From the IMG/VR virus record IMGVR_UViG_3300027612_000008, positions 1 through 48,382 of that record: a DNA stretch of 48,382 nt. One strand, given 5' to 3'. Source of the stretch: a virus (Duplodnaviria; Caudoviricetes). The first letter of the stretch is position 1; every line of letters starts with the position of its first letter. Shown here piece after piece: positions 37,599 to 46,514 of the stretch. The notes under the pieces were generated by a model. That model searched no databases. It was not told the origin of the DNA and saw only the letters and a program-made list of their open reading frames with translations. The position numbers and the translations under genes were made by a program.

Positions 37599-38092
37599 TG
37601 CGTTCGTGCCAATTCGGATTCAACTTGTTTTTGATATGCTTGCAATTGGCGAAACCGCCACGCCTCAATCCCTTTGGAACGGGATTGAATGGTTTGTTCA
37701 ATCACGCCGGCATTGTGGTTGGTGCCTTCAATGTATTGTTGGTCCGATTCCACAATGTATGAAAACCACGCGTCACGCGTTTTGCCAACCTTGCGCCCGG
37801 TTCGCGGTCCCGCCCAATATGCGTTGCCATCGTCATTGACCAGCCACGCACCAATTGAACGTTTGTAGGTTCCCGGCTTAATTTTAAGCGGTTTCCGGCC
37901 GTCCCTTGAAACGTGAATGGTTTTGTCTGATGACGTAATTGCACGGCGCATGGCGCGCGCAAACAAATTGGCGGCCGTTTCATTGATGAGGCGCAACCGC
38001 GTATTTGTTTCGGCGTATCGTTTGTGCAATTTGTTCAACTTTCGTTCCAATTGCCGCATGCCTTCGATGCCTGAAACCATTTCAGCCATCAC
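37595..38092 (-). CDS. HK97 gp10-like protein (copy 2)
   Basis: Homolog of 13997-14497. Confidence 0.75.
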   Translation of the reverse strand: MMAEMVSGIEGMRQLERKLNKLHKRYAETNTRLRLINETAANLFARAMRRAITSSDKTIHVSRDGRKPLKIKPGTYKRSIGAWLVNDDGNAYWAGPRTGRKVGKTRDAWFSYIVESDQQYIEGTNHNAGVIEQTIQSRSKGIEAWRFRQLQAYQKQVESELARTQ

Positions 38093-38421
38093 GAAACGTG
38101 TTCGGCAATTAAACGAAAATCAACGCCACGTTCCAATTCATGAACGGCGATGATGTCAAATGTTTGTCCATCGTAAACCAGTCGGTCCGCCGTGGTGATG
38201 GTCCGTGAATCGCTGGTGTTGCGAATGGTCCATTCGGCCATTTTCACCGAACGTTCCGCACCATCAACCAACGTTTCCGTTGAACCGGATTTGCGAATGG
38301 TCAACGCGGCCCAACAATTGAACGCGGTGGTCCAAACCAATTCGCGTTCACCAAACGCGTTGGCCGTTTCCGTGAAACGTTCAATGGCAATCCGCCGGTC
38401 CAATTTGCCAATCCGCATCAC
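38089..38421 (-). CDS. Head closure protein (copy 2)
   Basis: Homolog of 14494-14826. Confidence 0.9.
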   Translation of the reverse strand: MMRIGKLDRRIAIERFTETANAFGERELVWTTAFNCWAALTIRKSGSTETLVDGAERSVKMAEWTIRNTSDSRTITTADRLVYDGQTFDIIAVHELERGVDFRLIAEHVS

Positions 38422-38972
38422 GCAAAAATTCGGAATGGTGACAACAACGAATGAACGCCAAACGGAATTTCATTCACGGACCGAATTTCGGCCGCCGTTC
38501 GGTTTTCGTACATGTGACCAACCAACAAACGAATGGCGTGAATGACGGGCGCGGGAATCGCGTTTTCGGCATGCCCAACGTTGCAATTGACAATCACCCG
38601 GTTCAACGAGTAATCAAACAACGATGGCACGTCATGAAATCGGATGCGCGCATGTGGCCCGGCCAAATCCGCGTACCAATTCGACGTTGGCAACGTTTGC
38701 AATCCGCCGTTTTCGTCAATGTATTGAACCGACGAAATTTCGTTGACTGGTCCAACATCGAATGTGACGTTTTGCCATTGGTCCAAATACACCACGGCAT
38801 CAACATCACCGATGACGCGCCCGGTGATTTGTTGCACAAAATCAATCGCCGTGTCCCGCATGGCCTCAATCAATGCGTCATCATCGGAAACGTCAACGCG
38901 CAAATGTGATTTCAAATCGTCAACCGAAATCACGTCATCCAACGTTGGTGTGGTGGTGTAGATTGTGACCAT
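38418..38972 (-). CDS. Head-tail connector gp6-like (copy 2)
   Basis: Homolog of 14823-15377. Confidence 0.92.
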   Translation of the reverse strand: MVTIYTTTPTLDDVISVDDLKSHLRVDVSDDDALIEAMRDTAIDFVQQITGRVIGDVDAVVYLDQWQNVTFDVGPVNEISSVQYIDENGGLQTLPTSNWYADLAGPHARIRFHDVPSLFDYSLNRVIVNCNVGHAENAIPAPVIHAIRLLVGHMYENRTAAEIRSVNEIPFGVHSLLSPFRIFA

Positions 38973-38992
38973 GGTTCGAATTTACGACAAAC

Positions 38993-39025
38993 GAAAAACG
39001 CCGGCGCAATGGCCGGCGTTTTTTG
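38993..39025 (-). terminator. Rho-independent terminator closing slot 3
   Basis: AAAAACGCCGGC stem with T-runs on both sides. Confidence 0.8.
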
Positions 39026-39043
39026 GTTGTGATGGACTGGTTT

Positions 39044-39430
39044 TCAAATTTCGAAGGCATCGAAAAACCGGTTCATGTAGTCAATCCGATTTCGCATTTG
39101 ACGCAATTTCAATTCATGTGCCATCGTCGTTTGTCGATTGACGCGCGCGGCAAATTCCTGTTTTTGTGCCAAATTGTAGTCATCCCACAATTTGTCAAAT
39201 GCTGGTGACAAAATTTCAACGGCGATTTCCAATTGTGCATGCCCATTGTGCAACAATTCCAATTCCGAATCCGGACGCGTTTTCACGCCGGCGGATTCCA
39301 ATTCATCGCGCATGTATGCCCGGCCCAATTCAAAATTTCGGTCCATCAATTCATGCAAATCCATGATGTCAATGGTGATGATTCCGCGTTGCGCAATTGC
39401 GCGGTTGGTGTTTTTCGTGTCTTGTGACAT
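39044..39430 (-). CDS. Cassette gene U (128 aa)
   Basis: Homolog of 15449-15838. Confidence 0.8.
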   Translation of the reverse strand: MSQDTKNTNRAIAQRGIITIDIMDLHELMDRNFELGRAYMRDELESAGVKTRPDSELELLHNGHAQLEIAVEILSPAFDKLWDDYNLAQKQEFAARVNRQTTMAHELKLRQMRNRIDYMNRFFDAFEI

Positions 39431-39472
39431 GATGTTTGGGTTTTGTGTGTGTGTGTTGTGTGCTGGTGTGAA

Positions 39473-39697
39473 TTAACGTTGACGGAAAATCATGTTCAAT
39501 TTGCCGTTGGTCATGTGGATGATGGCCACGTTTTCGCCGTTGACGATGTGTTGTGAAACGCTGATGAATTCCGGTTTCGCGGCGTAATGTTCGACGATTT
39601 CGGATGCCACGGCGCGCCGGTGGTTTTCGTTGGTGCATTCCAACAATTCAACCCGGTCATTCATGGTGTTCGTGGTGGTGATGGTGAAACGTTGCAT
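39473..39697 (-). CDS. Cassette gene V (74 aa)
   Basis: Homolog of 15880-16104. Confidence 0.8.
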   Translation of the reverse strand: MQRFTITTTNTMNDRVELLECTNENHRRAVASEIVEHYAAKPEFISVSQHIVNGENVAIIHMTNGKLNMIFRQR

Positions 39698-39724
39698 GGT
39701 GTGTGTTGTGTGTGTGTGTTGTTT

Positions 39725-39786
39725 GATGGTGTAAATGTACACAAAGATTCATTCCGCGCAATACTTTGATGAACTTTTTTTTTCAT
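39725..39786 (-). promoter_or_regulatory. Repeated early-type promoter, copy 6 of 6
   Basis: Same ~60-bp motif. Confidence 0.75.
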
Positions 39787-39867
39787 CGTCCGATTTCGGG
39801 TCAAATAACCATTACCAGCATTCGCGGCGGATTTGACGTATTTGCGGCCAAAATCCGAATCCGGATG

Positions 39868-39900
39868 AAATAAGAACGGCGGCCATTTGGCCGCCGTTCC
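39868..39900 (-). terminator. Rho-independent terminator after capsid gene
   Basis: GAACGGCGGCC-AAAT-GGCCGCCGTTC then TTATTT. Confidence 0.75.
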
Positions 39901-39923
39901 GATTCAATCGCCACAATCCGTCA

Positions 39924-41876
39924 TCACGTCAATTGGTCGGCGAATGCCAACGCCGCCGGTTGCCGCAATGCGAAATCCCAAAACGCGTTGATGTGGATTT
40001 TGATTTGACCGGTGTTCGCCAACGTGTACGGGTCAATCAAAATGTCCGGCGAACCGAACCGGGCCAAAATTCCCGCTTGACGGAAATTGCCGAACAACAT
40101 TTGTCCGCCAACGCCGGTGCCATTGTCCAACGTATCGTCGGCCAAATACGGCGTGGCTAATGGACGATACCCGGCAAATTGGCCGTTGTTCCACAACGCC
40201 GAAACGGATGCAACGGCGGCCTCAGAACGGGACAATTGGAATGCCTTTGGTGACATGACGAAAACCGAACCGGCCAAATCCGCACCATCCGCCAAAACCG
40301 CCGATTCCATGGAATAAACCAACGCCGCATTCAATTCATCGTTTGCGTCATCGGTGCCAATGATGTTGATGGTTGAACCATCGGTTGTTGCAATGATGTC
40401 GGCGAATGCGCTTGTATCAATGCGCGCGTTCATCGCGGCCACCAAATCGCCCAAAATCAACCGGTCCACATCGGAACCACCTTGCAACGCCAATTGTTTT
40501 GAATACGCGGTGTACGCCGTCACGCGTTCGGGCGTTAACGTCACCTCATCCAATTGCAAACCGGCCGCCGCTGATGCCGCAATTTCGGTTTTTTCCGCCA
40601 ACGTTGATTTCGTTTTGATGCGCGGGAATTTCAAATTCCCGGTGGCGTTGTTGATGGTGGTGATGCCGGTTTGTTCAATCACCGATGGCGCGCGCAACGC
40701 CTCAATCACGCCGGGAACGTTCGTGGGAACGAATCCACCACCACCAGCATCACCGCCGGCCGTGGTTGCGGTCATTTGGTCCGTTTCGCCGGCCCGGTAG
40801 ATGGCAAACGATGGAATGCCAACGTTGCCGTCCATTTCCAATCCACGGCGCGCGTTGTCTTTGCGCGCTTCGGCGGTCCACTCGGCTTCGACACCATCCA
40901 AACGGCCATTGGTGGCAATTTGTTTGATGGCGCGCGACAATGACCACGTTTGATTCATGCGTTCGATTTCGCGGCGTTCACCGGCGTTCATCGTGGTCCC
41001 GACATGGACGGCCGCTTGCATTTTTTCCTGATTCGCCCGGTGACGAATTTTTTGGTCCAATCGTTCAACCTCGGTGACGAGAAAATCGCAACGTTGGTTT
41101 TCGGCTTCGGACAATGTGGTTCCGTTTTCGTCGGATTTGCGGATGATTTCCGCATGTTCGGCAAAGTATTTTTCCCGAACCGCCTTCAATTCATTCAAAT
41201 TCATTTGTTCAAATGGTTTGGTTTGCAATTTATGATTTTCCGCCGGTTCGGCGGCATGTTCACGTTCAATGGTTTTGGTGGTGTCGCTGGTGCTGGTTTC
41301 CGGTTCCGTTGATTCATCCGTGGGCGCGTTTTGGGCCTCGAAAAATGAACGAACGTGAATGGATGTTGTAGGGTACGCGCCGTAGGTAACCGCGCTCAAA
41401 TCGTGCAAAGATTTCACGCGCGAAACCACGCGAACGCCGTTTTCGTCGGGTTGCCAACCATCGCGTTCAACCTTTGCGGCAAATGACATTTGGTCAATGT
41501 CACCGCGTTGAATCAATTGGTAAATTTCACGGCCGCGTTCGGTGTTTGCCAACGTGGCGCGCATGTACAATCCATCATCGCGTTTTTCAATGGTCATGGT
41601 GCCATTGCTGGTCCGCGCCAATGGCAATCCCTGATGATTGATGAGAAATCGCACGTCATCGTTCAACGCGCCATCAAACGCATCACGCGCGATGCGTTCC
41701 CTAAATGGTCCAATGTCGGTGATGGTATCAAATACAACCGCGATGCCTTCAACCACCATTTCGCCGGATTCACCGCGTTCGATGGCGTGGATTTTGGCCA
41801 CGCGCGTTTCCACATCGTCGCCATGCATTGCGCGCAATGTCAATTCATGCGCATTCGTTTCGTTTTCCTGATTCAT
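39924..41876 (-). CDS. Prohead protease-major capsid fusion (copy 2)
   Basis: 650 aa homolog of 16260-18212. Confidence 0.93.
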   Translation of the reverse strand: MNQENETNAHELTLRAMHGDDVETRVAKIHAIERGESGEMVVEGIAVVFDTITDIGPFRERIARDAFDGALNDDVRFLINHQGLPLARTSNGTMTIEKRDDGLYMRATLANTERGREIYQLIQRGDIDQMSFAAKVERDGWQPDENGVRVVSRVKSLHDLSAVTYGAYPTTSIHVRSFFEAQNAPTDESTEPETSTSDTTKTIEREHAAEPAENHKLQTKPFEQMNLNELKAVREKYFAEHAEIIRKSDENGTTLSEAENQRCDFLVTEVERLDQKIRHRANQEKMQAAVHVGTTMNAGERREIERMNQTWSLSRAIKQIATNGRLDGVEAEWTAEARKDNARRGLEMDGNVGIPSFAIYRAGETDQMTATTAGGDAGGGGFVPTNVPGVIEALRAPSVIEQTGITTINNATGNLKFPRIKTKSTLAEKTEIAASAAAGLQLDEVTLTPERVTAYTAYSKQLALQGGSDVDRLILGDLVAAMNARIDTSAFADIIATTDGSTINIIGTDDANDELNAALVYSMESAVLADGADLAGSVFVMSPKAFQLSRSEAAVASVSALWNNGQFAGYRPLATPYLADDTLDNGTGVGGQMLFGNFRQAGILARFGSPDILIDPYTLANTGQIKIHINAFWDFALRQPAALAFADQLT

Positions 41877-43078
41877 TGAATGTTGTTTTCGGACATTTTG
41901 CGCGAATAATCTTCAAACGATTCCAAATCAATTTGATTGATTTGCAACGTGTGAATTTCGCCGCCGTTGCCGTCAATTGGATTCATGTTTTCCGTTGCGC
42001 GCACCTCGTTTCGGTTCATCACGCCGGCGGCCAACATGGCCGTGAAATATTCCGCGCGCGTTTTCAAATCGCCACGCGTCAATTCGCCCAAATCATGCCG
42101 GGAATAAATTTGCGGCCGTTCAAACGAAAAAATCAATTTTCGGTTAATTTCCGCCTCAATCCGCCGCACCCATGGCACAATTGTATGATTGCGGAACATG
42201 ATTTGTTGTTGTTCAACGTTGTTATAAGTTTGGTCCGCGTCAACGCCAACCATGGCCGCCGGAACGCTGAAAATGGTGCAAATTTCGCGGTTGCCCAATT
42301 TCCGGGTTTGTATAAATTGGGCCTCATCGGCCGTGATGGCAATGCGATTGTGACGAACGCCGAACGGCAACAAAATCGTTTTTGGACCGCCATTCGTTTC
42401 ACGCCGCCACAATTCAACCAATTTTTCCCTTTGTTCGTTGGTCATCGGCTGGTCCGACGAAATCACGCCGGTCAATTGACCGCCGTTGGCAAAATAGTTG
42501 GCACCGAAATTTTGGGCCGCCATTGAAACGCCCAAATTTTCCGCATGTAGGCGAATCGGCGATTTGCGGTGCATGTTGCCCACAACCAACATGTTTTCGG
42601 GCAAAACGGCCCCAAAACCGCGAATTTGGTAAAATAATTCGCCTTCGCTGGTGTGCTTCGATTCCACGTCATCACGATGAACCAAACGCAACGCGGTTGG
42701 CCGTCCATTCGTGGCGCGTTCGATGTGTGCAAATGCCAATCCATTGATGACCGCCATTGCAATGAACGTTTCCCAAAATTCAAACGCGGTTTGTTCCGGG
42801 TTGGGCTGGTCCGAAATCAACAAATTGGTTGGATGGTCCGGCAATGGTGCCACGCGGTTTCCGGTGCGCTCATACACGTTCACGCCCAATGACGCAATGG
42901 TTGACGCGATGCGGTATGTGCAAGCATAAACGGCCGCCAATGACAATGCCGTTTGTTCGTTGACGTTAACGCCGGCGGTGGACATTGGGAAAATTCCCAT
43001 TTCCGCCGCAATGGTGTTTGGGTTGAACCAACCGGTCCGTGAACGAACGGCATTCGCCAATTTTTGAATTCGGTTCAT
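41873..43078 (-). CDS. Portal protein (copy 2)
   Basis: 401 aa homolog of 18209-19414. Confidence 0.96.
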   Translation of the reverse strand: MNRIQKLANAVRSRTGWFNPNTIAAEMGIFPMSTAGVNVNEQTALSLAAVYACTYRIASTIASLGVNVYERTGNRVAPLPDHPTNLLISDQPNPEQTAFEFWETFIAMAVINGLAFAHIERATNGRPTALRLVHRDDVESKHTSEGELFYQIRGFGAVLPENMLVVGNMHRKSPIRLHAENLGVSMAAQNFGANYFANGGQLTGVISSDQPMTNEQREKLVELWRRETNGGPKTILLPFGVRHNRIAITADEAQFIQTRKLGNREICTIFSVPAAMVGVDADQTYNNVEQQQIMFRNHTIVPWVRRIEAEINRKLIFSFERPQIYSRHDLGELTRGDLKTRAEYFTAMLAAGVMNRNEVRATENMNPIDGNGGEIHTLQINQIDLESFEDYSRKMSENNIQ

Positions 43079-43096
43079 GGTGCAATTTAGTCATTT

Positions 43097-44815
43097 TCAC
43101 AACGAAACGATGGTGAACATGTCATCGGTCAATTGTGGTTGCGCCATGCGTTTCATGCGCTCACCAATGGCCATGCACAACGCAACAATTGGGTCAATTT
43201 TTCCGCCGGATTTTTGTTTGTCCGGTTTAATGTTTCCGGCCGGGTCAACGCGCAATTCCACATTTTGCAACGCCCATTTCAAAACCGGGTCACCATCAAA
43301 TTTCAACCGGCCGGTTCGAATCAAAATTTCCAATTCCTTTGCCGGTGGTGACATGCTGATGAACCCTTGTCCGTAGGGAACAACCGGGCATCCATCATCC
43401 GTCAAATCAATGGCAATTTGGGTTGAATTGTAGCGGTCAAACGCCACGCATTTCACATCGTGACGGGCCATCAAACACGATTCGTCAAATTCCGGTCCGG
43501 TTGGCGTGGCATAAACGCCGGACAAAATGCGCCGGATTGACTGATAATCGGTCACGTTTCCATCCGTCACATGCATGTTCGGCAATTGCTGGAATTGGCC
43601 GTAAATGTGGCCGGAATCGGCTTGCAACGCGCGGTTGATTGCGTCCGAAGGCATGAAATAATGACCTCGAACAACCAATGTGTCATCAATCGGAAAAACC
43701 AACATCAATGCCGTCATGTCGGAAACCGAAGCAAGGTCCAAACCGGCCCAACATTCCGCACCGGTCAAATCCGGCGTGGCGGTGTCCACGCATGCATCAA
43801 ACACGTCCGATTCAATCCAAGTTTTCGAAGATTGCACCCACAAATTGCAATGTTTGGTTTTGAATTCCGTGATGCGCGAACCGCCCATATTTCGCGCTTG
43901 CTGGAACTGGTTTCGCAACAATTTCGTTGAAATCGTTTCGCCCAAACTTGGATTTGCCTTTGCCCAAACCGATTCATCCGCCCAATCATCGTCCGCGTCC
44001 AATTCGTAAATGATGGCAAATTGGGAATCATCGTGTTTGATTCCGTCCAAAATTTGTTTGACGGATTTTTGCATTTCGTGACACGGGCCGCCAATGTTGA
44101 ATCCGGCGGTGGTGATTGTGACGTGCAACGGATTTTTCCGGGATTGCATGCCCGAACGCAACACGTTCGAAACCTCATCGGTGGCGTGGGCATGGTATTC
44201 ATCCACGATGGCCAAATGTGGGTTTGTGCCGTCCATGGTTTGTTTGTCCGCGCTCAAATACGTCAACCGCGCATTGATTTTTGGAAACAAAATGTCATGT
44301 TTTCGCGGTTCCAAATATTTTCGCAACGGCGTTTGTGCCGTTGCCATTCGGAACGTTTCGTTGAATCCGATTTTCGCTTGTTCGCGTTTCGTGGCGGCAA
44401 AGTAAATTTCGGCGGCGTGTTCCATGTCCATCACCAGTCCGGCCAACGCCATTCCGGCCAACAACGTTGTTTTCCCGTTTTTCCGGCCAACCGCAAGATA
44501 TGCGTAATTGAACCGGCGCGTTCCATCGTCCCGAAACCAGCCATACAAGTTCCACAAAACGAATTGTTGCCATGGCAACGGAACGAATGGTTCATTCGCA
44601 AACGCGCCCATGGTATGCCGCAAAAATTTCGTGAAAAAATCCATGTAGGCGCGCGCCACATTCGGTTTGAACACAATGCCGCGTTCCTCGCATTCGTCCA
44701 AATCGCGCAAATACCTTTGGCATGCCGCGCGGCAATATTTCCCGGCGATGATTTTGCCCGAAACCACGTCCCGCGCGTACTGGTGCGCCACATCGTTTTT
44801 CAGTTCATCACCCAT
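43097..44815 (-). CDS. terL: Terminase large subunit (copy 2)
   Basis: All ATPase and nuclease motifs intact. Confidence 0.97.
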   Translation of the reverse strand: MGDELKNDVAHQYARDVVSGKIIAGKYCRAACQRYLRDLDECEERGIVFKPNVARAYMDFFTKFLRHTMGAFANEPFVPLPWQQFVLWNLYGWFRDDGTRRFNYAYLAVGRKNGKTTLLAGMALAGLVMDMEHAAEIYFAATKREQAKIGFNETFRMATAQTPLRKYLEPRKHDILFPKINARLTYLSADKQTMDGTNPHLAIVDEYHAHATDEVSNVLRSGMQSRKNPLHVTITTAGFNIGGPCHEMQKSVKQILDGIKHDDSQFAIIYELDADDDWADESVWAKANPSLGETISTKLLRNQFQQARNMGGSRITEFKTKHCNLWVQSSKTWIESDVFDACVDTATPDLTGAECWAGLDLASVSDMTALMLVFPIDDTLVVRGHYFMPSDAINRALQADSGHIYGQFQQLPNMHVTDGNVTDYQSIRRILSGVYATPTGPEFDESCLMARHDVKCVAFDRYNSTQIAIDLTDDGCPVVPYGQGFISMSPPAKELEILIRTGRLKFDGDPVLKWALQNVELRVDPAGNIKPDKQKSGGKIDPIVALCMAIGERMKRMAQPQLTDDMFTIVSL

Positions 44816-45140
44816 CGCGCCGGGACAAAAGTTCGGTCAATTCATCCGTGTCATCGGTGCCGGCAATTTTGCGTTCAATGTATTGTACCAATGCTTGTTT
44901 TCTTAAACGCGTTTCCTTCAATTGTTGCCATTCCGGCCACGCGCGCGAATACATGTCGCCGGATTTGCCGCGAACTTGATACGTTGTGCCATTTTTGTTC
45001 ACGAACGTTTGCAGGTCCGTTTCTTCGATGATGACACATGCCAACGTTGAAATCAATTCCCGAACGCCGGGCGTGATTTCCGTTCGCGATTCATAATCGG
45101 CCAATAATTGGCCGGTCATACGTTTTTGTTTTGCATTCAT
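44808..45140 (-). CDS. terS: Terminase small subunit (copy 2)
   Basis: Homolog of 21144-21476. Confidence 0.8.
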   Translation of the reverse strand: MNAKQKRMTGQLLADYESRTEITPGVRELISTLACVIIEETDLQTFVNKNGTTYQVRGKSGDMYSRAWPEWQQLKETRLRKQALVQYIERKIAGTDDTDELTELLSRRDG

Positions 45141-45204
45141 GTTCGGTTTATTTCAATACAAAATGACCATTTCGGGCCGGTTCCCCTTTTGGTTTGGGAC
45201 AACA

Positions 45205-45235
45205 TTTGTTCGCCCCCTTAAACGGCGGCGATGGA
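45205..45235. other. Putative cos packaging site (second)
   Basis: Same AAACGGCGGCGATGGA core as 21556-21571. Confidence 0.55.
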
Positions 45236-45273
45236 CCGGGAACGCCAAATGGTTTTCCGGACCCCATACCCGG

Positions 45274-45585
45274 TCACGATTTGGTGTTGTTGTTTGACTG
45301 ATATTGGATGCGTTCCAATGCGGATTTTCGGTTGTGGCATGACGTACAAAGTGATTGCCAATTGGACGAATCCCAAAATTCACCACCAGCGCGAACGGGC
45401 GTGATGTGGTCAACCACATTGGCCCAATCACCGCATTCATTGCACGTTGGATGTTTTCGTTTGAAGCCATCACGCGCACGTTTCCACGCGGCCGTGAAAT
45501 ATCGTTTGTCTTGTGGCGTTGGCCGGTCGGATTTGCCATGTGATGACCATGGATTGGGCGTTGCCTTGCGATTGATTGACGGCAT
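45274..45585 (-). CDS. HNH endonuclease gp74-like
   Basis: CNEC...VVDHITP...LCTSCHNRK. Confidence 0.92.
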   Translation of the reverse strand: MPSINRKATPNPWSSHGKSDRPTPQDKRYFTAAWKRARDGFKRKHPTCNECGDWANVVDHITPVRAGGEFWDSSNWQSLCTSCHNRKSALERIQYQSNNNTKS

Positions 45586-45595
45586 GGTTTGTTTT

Positions 45596-45877
45596 TTATG
45601 CGTGATTGATTCGGCCCAAAACATCGTCATGAACCGCGCCCAACCAATGCATTTGTTCAAAGGTCATTGGCTTGTGTTCAACCACCATCACGCCAAATTG
45701 ATTGCGCGTGGTTTCCATTTGCGCCGCCACAATGAATGCAATGATGTTTGATGCGATTTGTTCCCGTTCGGCTGGTGTGAATTCATCACCGCGCCGAATT
45801 TCCGCCACGCGCGAAAATGGTTTTTCGTAGTTCGGCAACGAATCAATCCGTTTCCGTTGTGGTGTCTTTTGTTTCAT
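45596..45877 (-). CDS. Hypothetical protein
   Basis: Homolog of 21933-22211; start reassigned to MKQKT. Confidence 0.75.
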   Translation of the reverse strand: MKQKTPQRKRIDSLPNYEKPFSRVAEIRRGDEFTPAEREQIASNIIAFIVAAQMETTRNQFGVMVVEHKPMTFEQMHWLGAVHDDVLGRINHA

Positions 45878-46514
45878 GGTTGAATGGTTTGGTGATGGCC
45901 AACATTTCCGATTCGGACAATTGAATTGAACCGCCCAATTCCGCAATGGTTTTTTTGGGCCGTGGCAAATCCAACGATTTCACAAATTCCGAAAATCGTT
46001 TGACATCGGCCGGTGATGGTCGGTCGCTGGTTTGCGTTTTCAATTCGTTGTGGGCGCGTTCGTGGTGCGCATTTTCGCGAAACGTGGTGGAGTATTGCGA
46101 TTCATAATCACGCAACGCGGCGATGAGTGACGGCGTATCAAATCGGCCATACATGGTAATTTCACCGCGCCGAATCATCGTCATCACGCGCGCGAATTCC
46201 TCAATTTTCAACGTTGGGAACAATTCAACCACGTCATCAATTGCCGTTTGCAAATCGTCTTGATTTTGCCATGAACGCGAATCCGGCAAACGAACGGCGC
46301 GCCATGTCCGGACCAGTTCGGCCAACAAAATCATTTTTGTTGCGGCGCGGTCAATGCTCAATCCGGCCGTAATTGGCAAACCAGCATCAAACAATGATTT
46401 TGGCGATTGATTCGCGATGACATCGGCAACGCCATTTTTCAAAATTTCCAATTGTGCCGTTTGGCGTTCGCGCCGGGCGGCAATTATTTCATTTCGTGGC
46501 CCATTGGAACGCAT
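45843..46514 (-). CDS. Replication-associated protein (DUF6633-like)
   Basis: Homolog of 22180-22845; start uncertain. Confidence 0.55.
   Translation of the reverse strand: MRSNGPRNEIIAARRERQTAQLEILKNGVADVIANQSPKSLFDAGLPITAGLSIDRAATKMILLAELVRTWRAVRLPDSRSWQNQDDLQTAIDDVVELFPTLKIEEFARVMTMIRRGEITMYGRFDTPSLIAALRDYESQYSTTFRENAHHERAHNELKTQTSDRPSPADVKRFSEFVKSLDLPRPKKTIAELGGSIQLSESEMLAITKPFNHETKDTTTETD

Larger units (their letters stand above)
21561..45225 (-). mobile_element. Phage genome copy 2 (complete putative cos-to-cos unit, ~23.66 kb HK97-like siphophage)
   Basis: One full gene complement between two conserved HNH/TerS intergenic motifs (AAACGGCGGCGATGG at 21556 and 45220). Confidence 0.85.

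Noticed and set aside
2209-39786. Repeats with unique intervening sequence as a CRISPR array
   Set aside because: The repeats are dispersed and separated by whole ORFs of variable length, with no regular 30-40 bp spacers and no cas genes.
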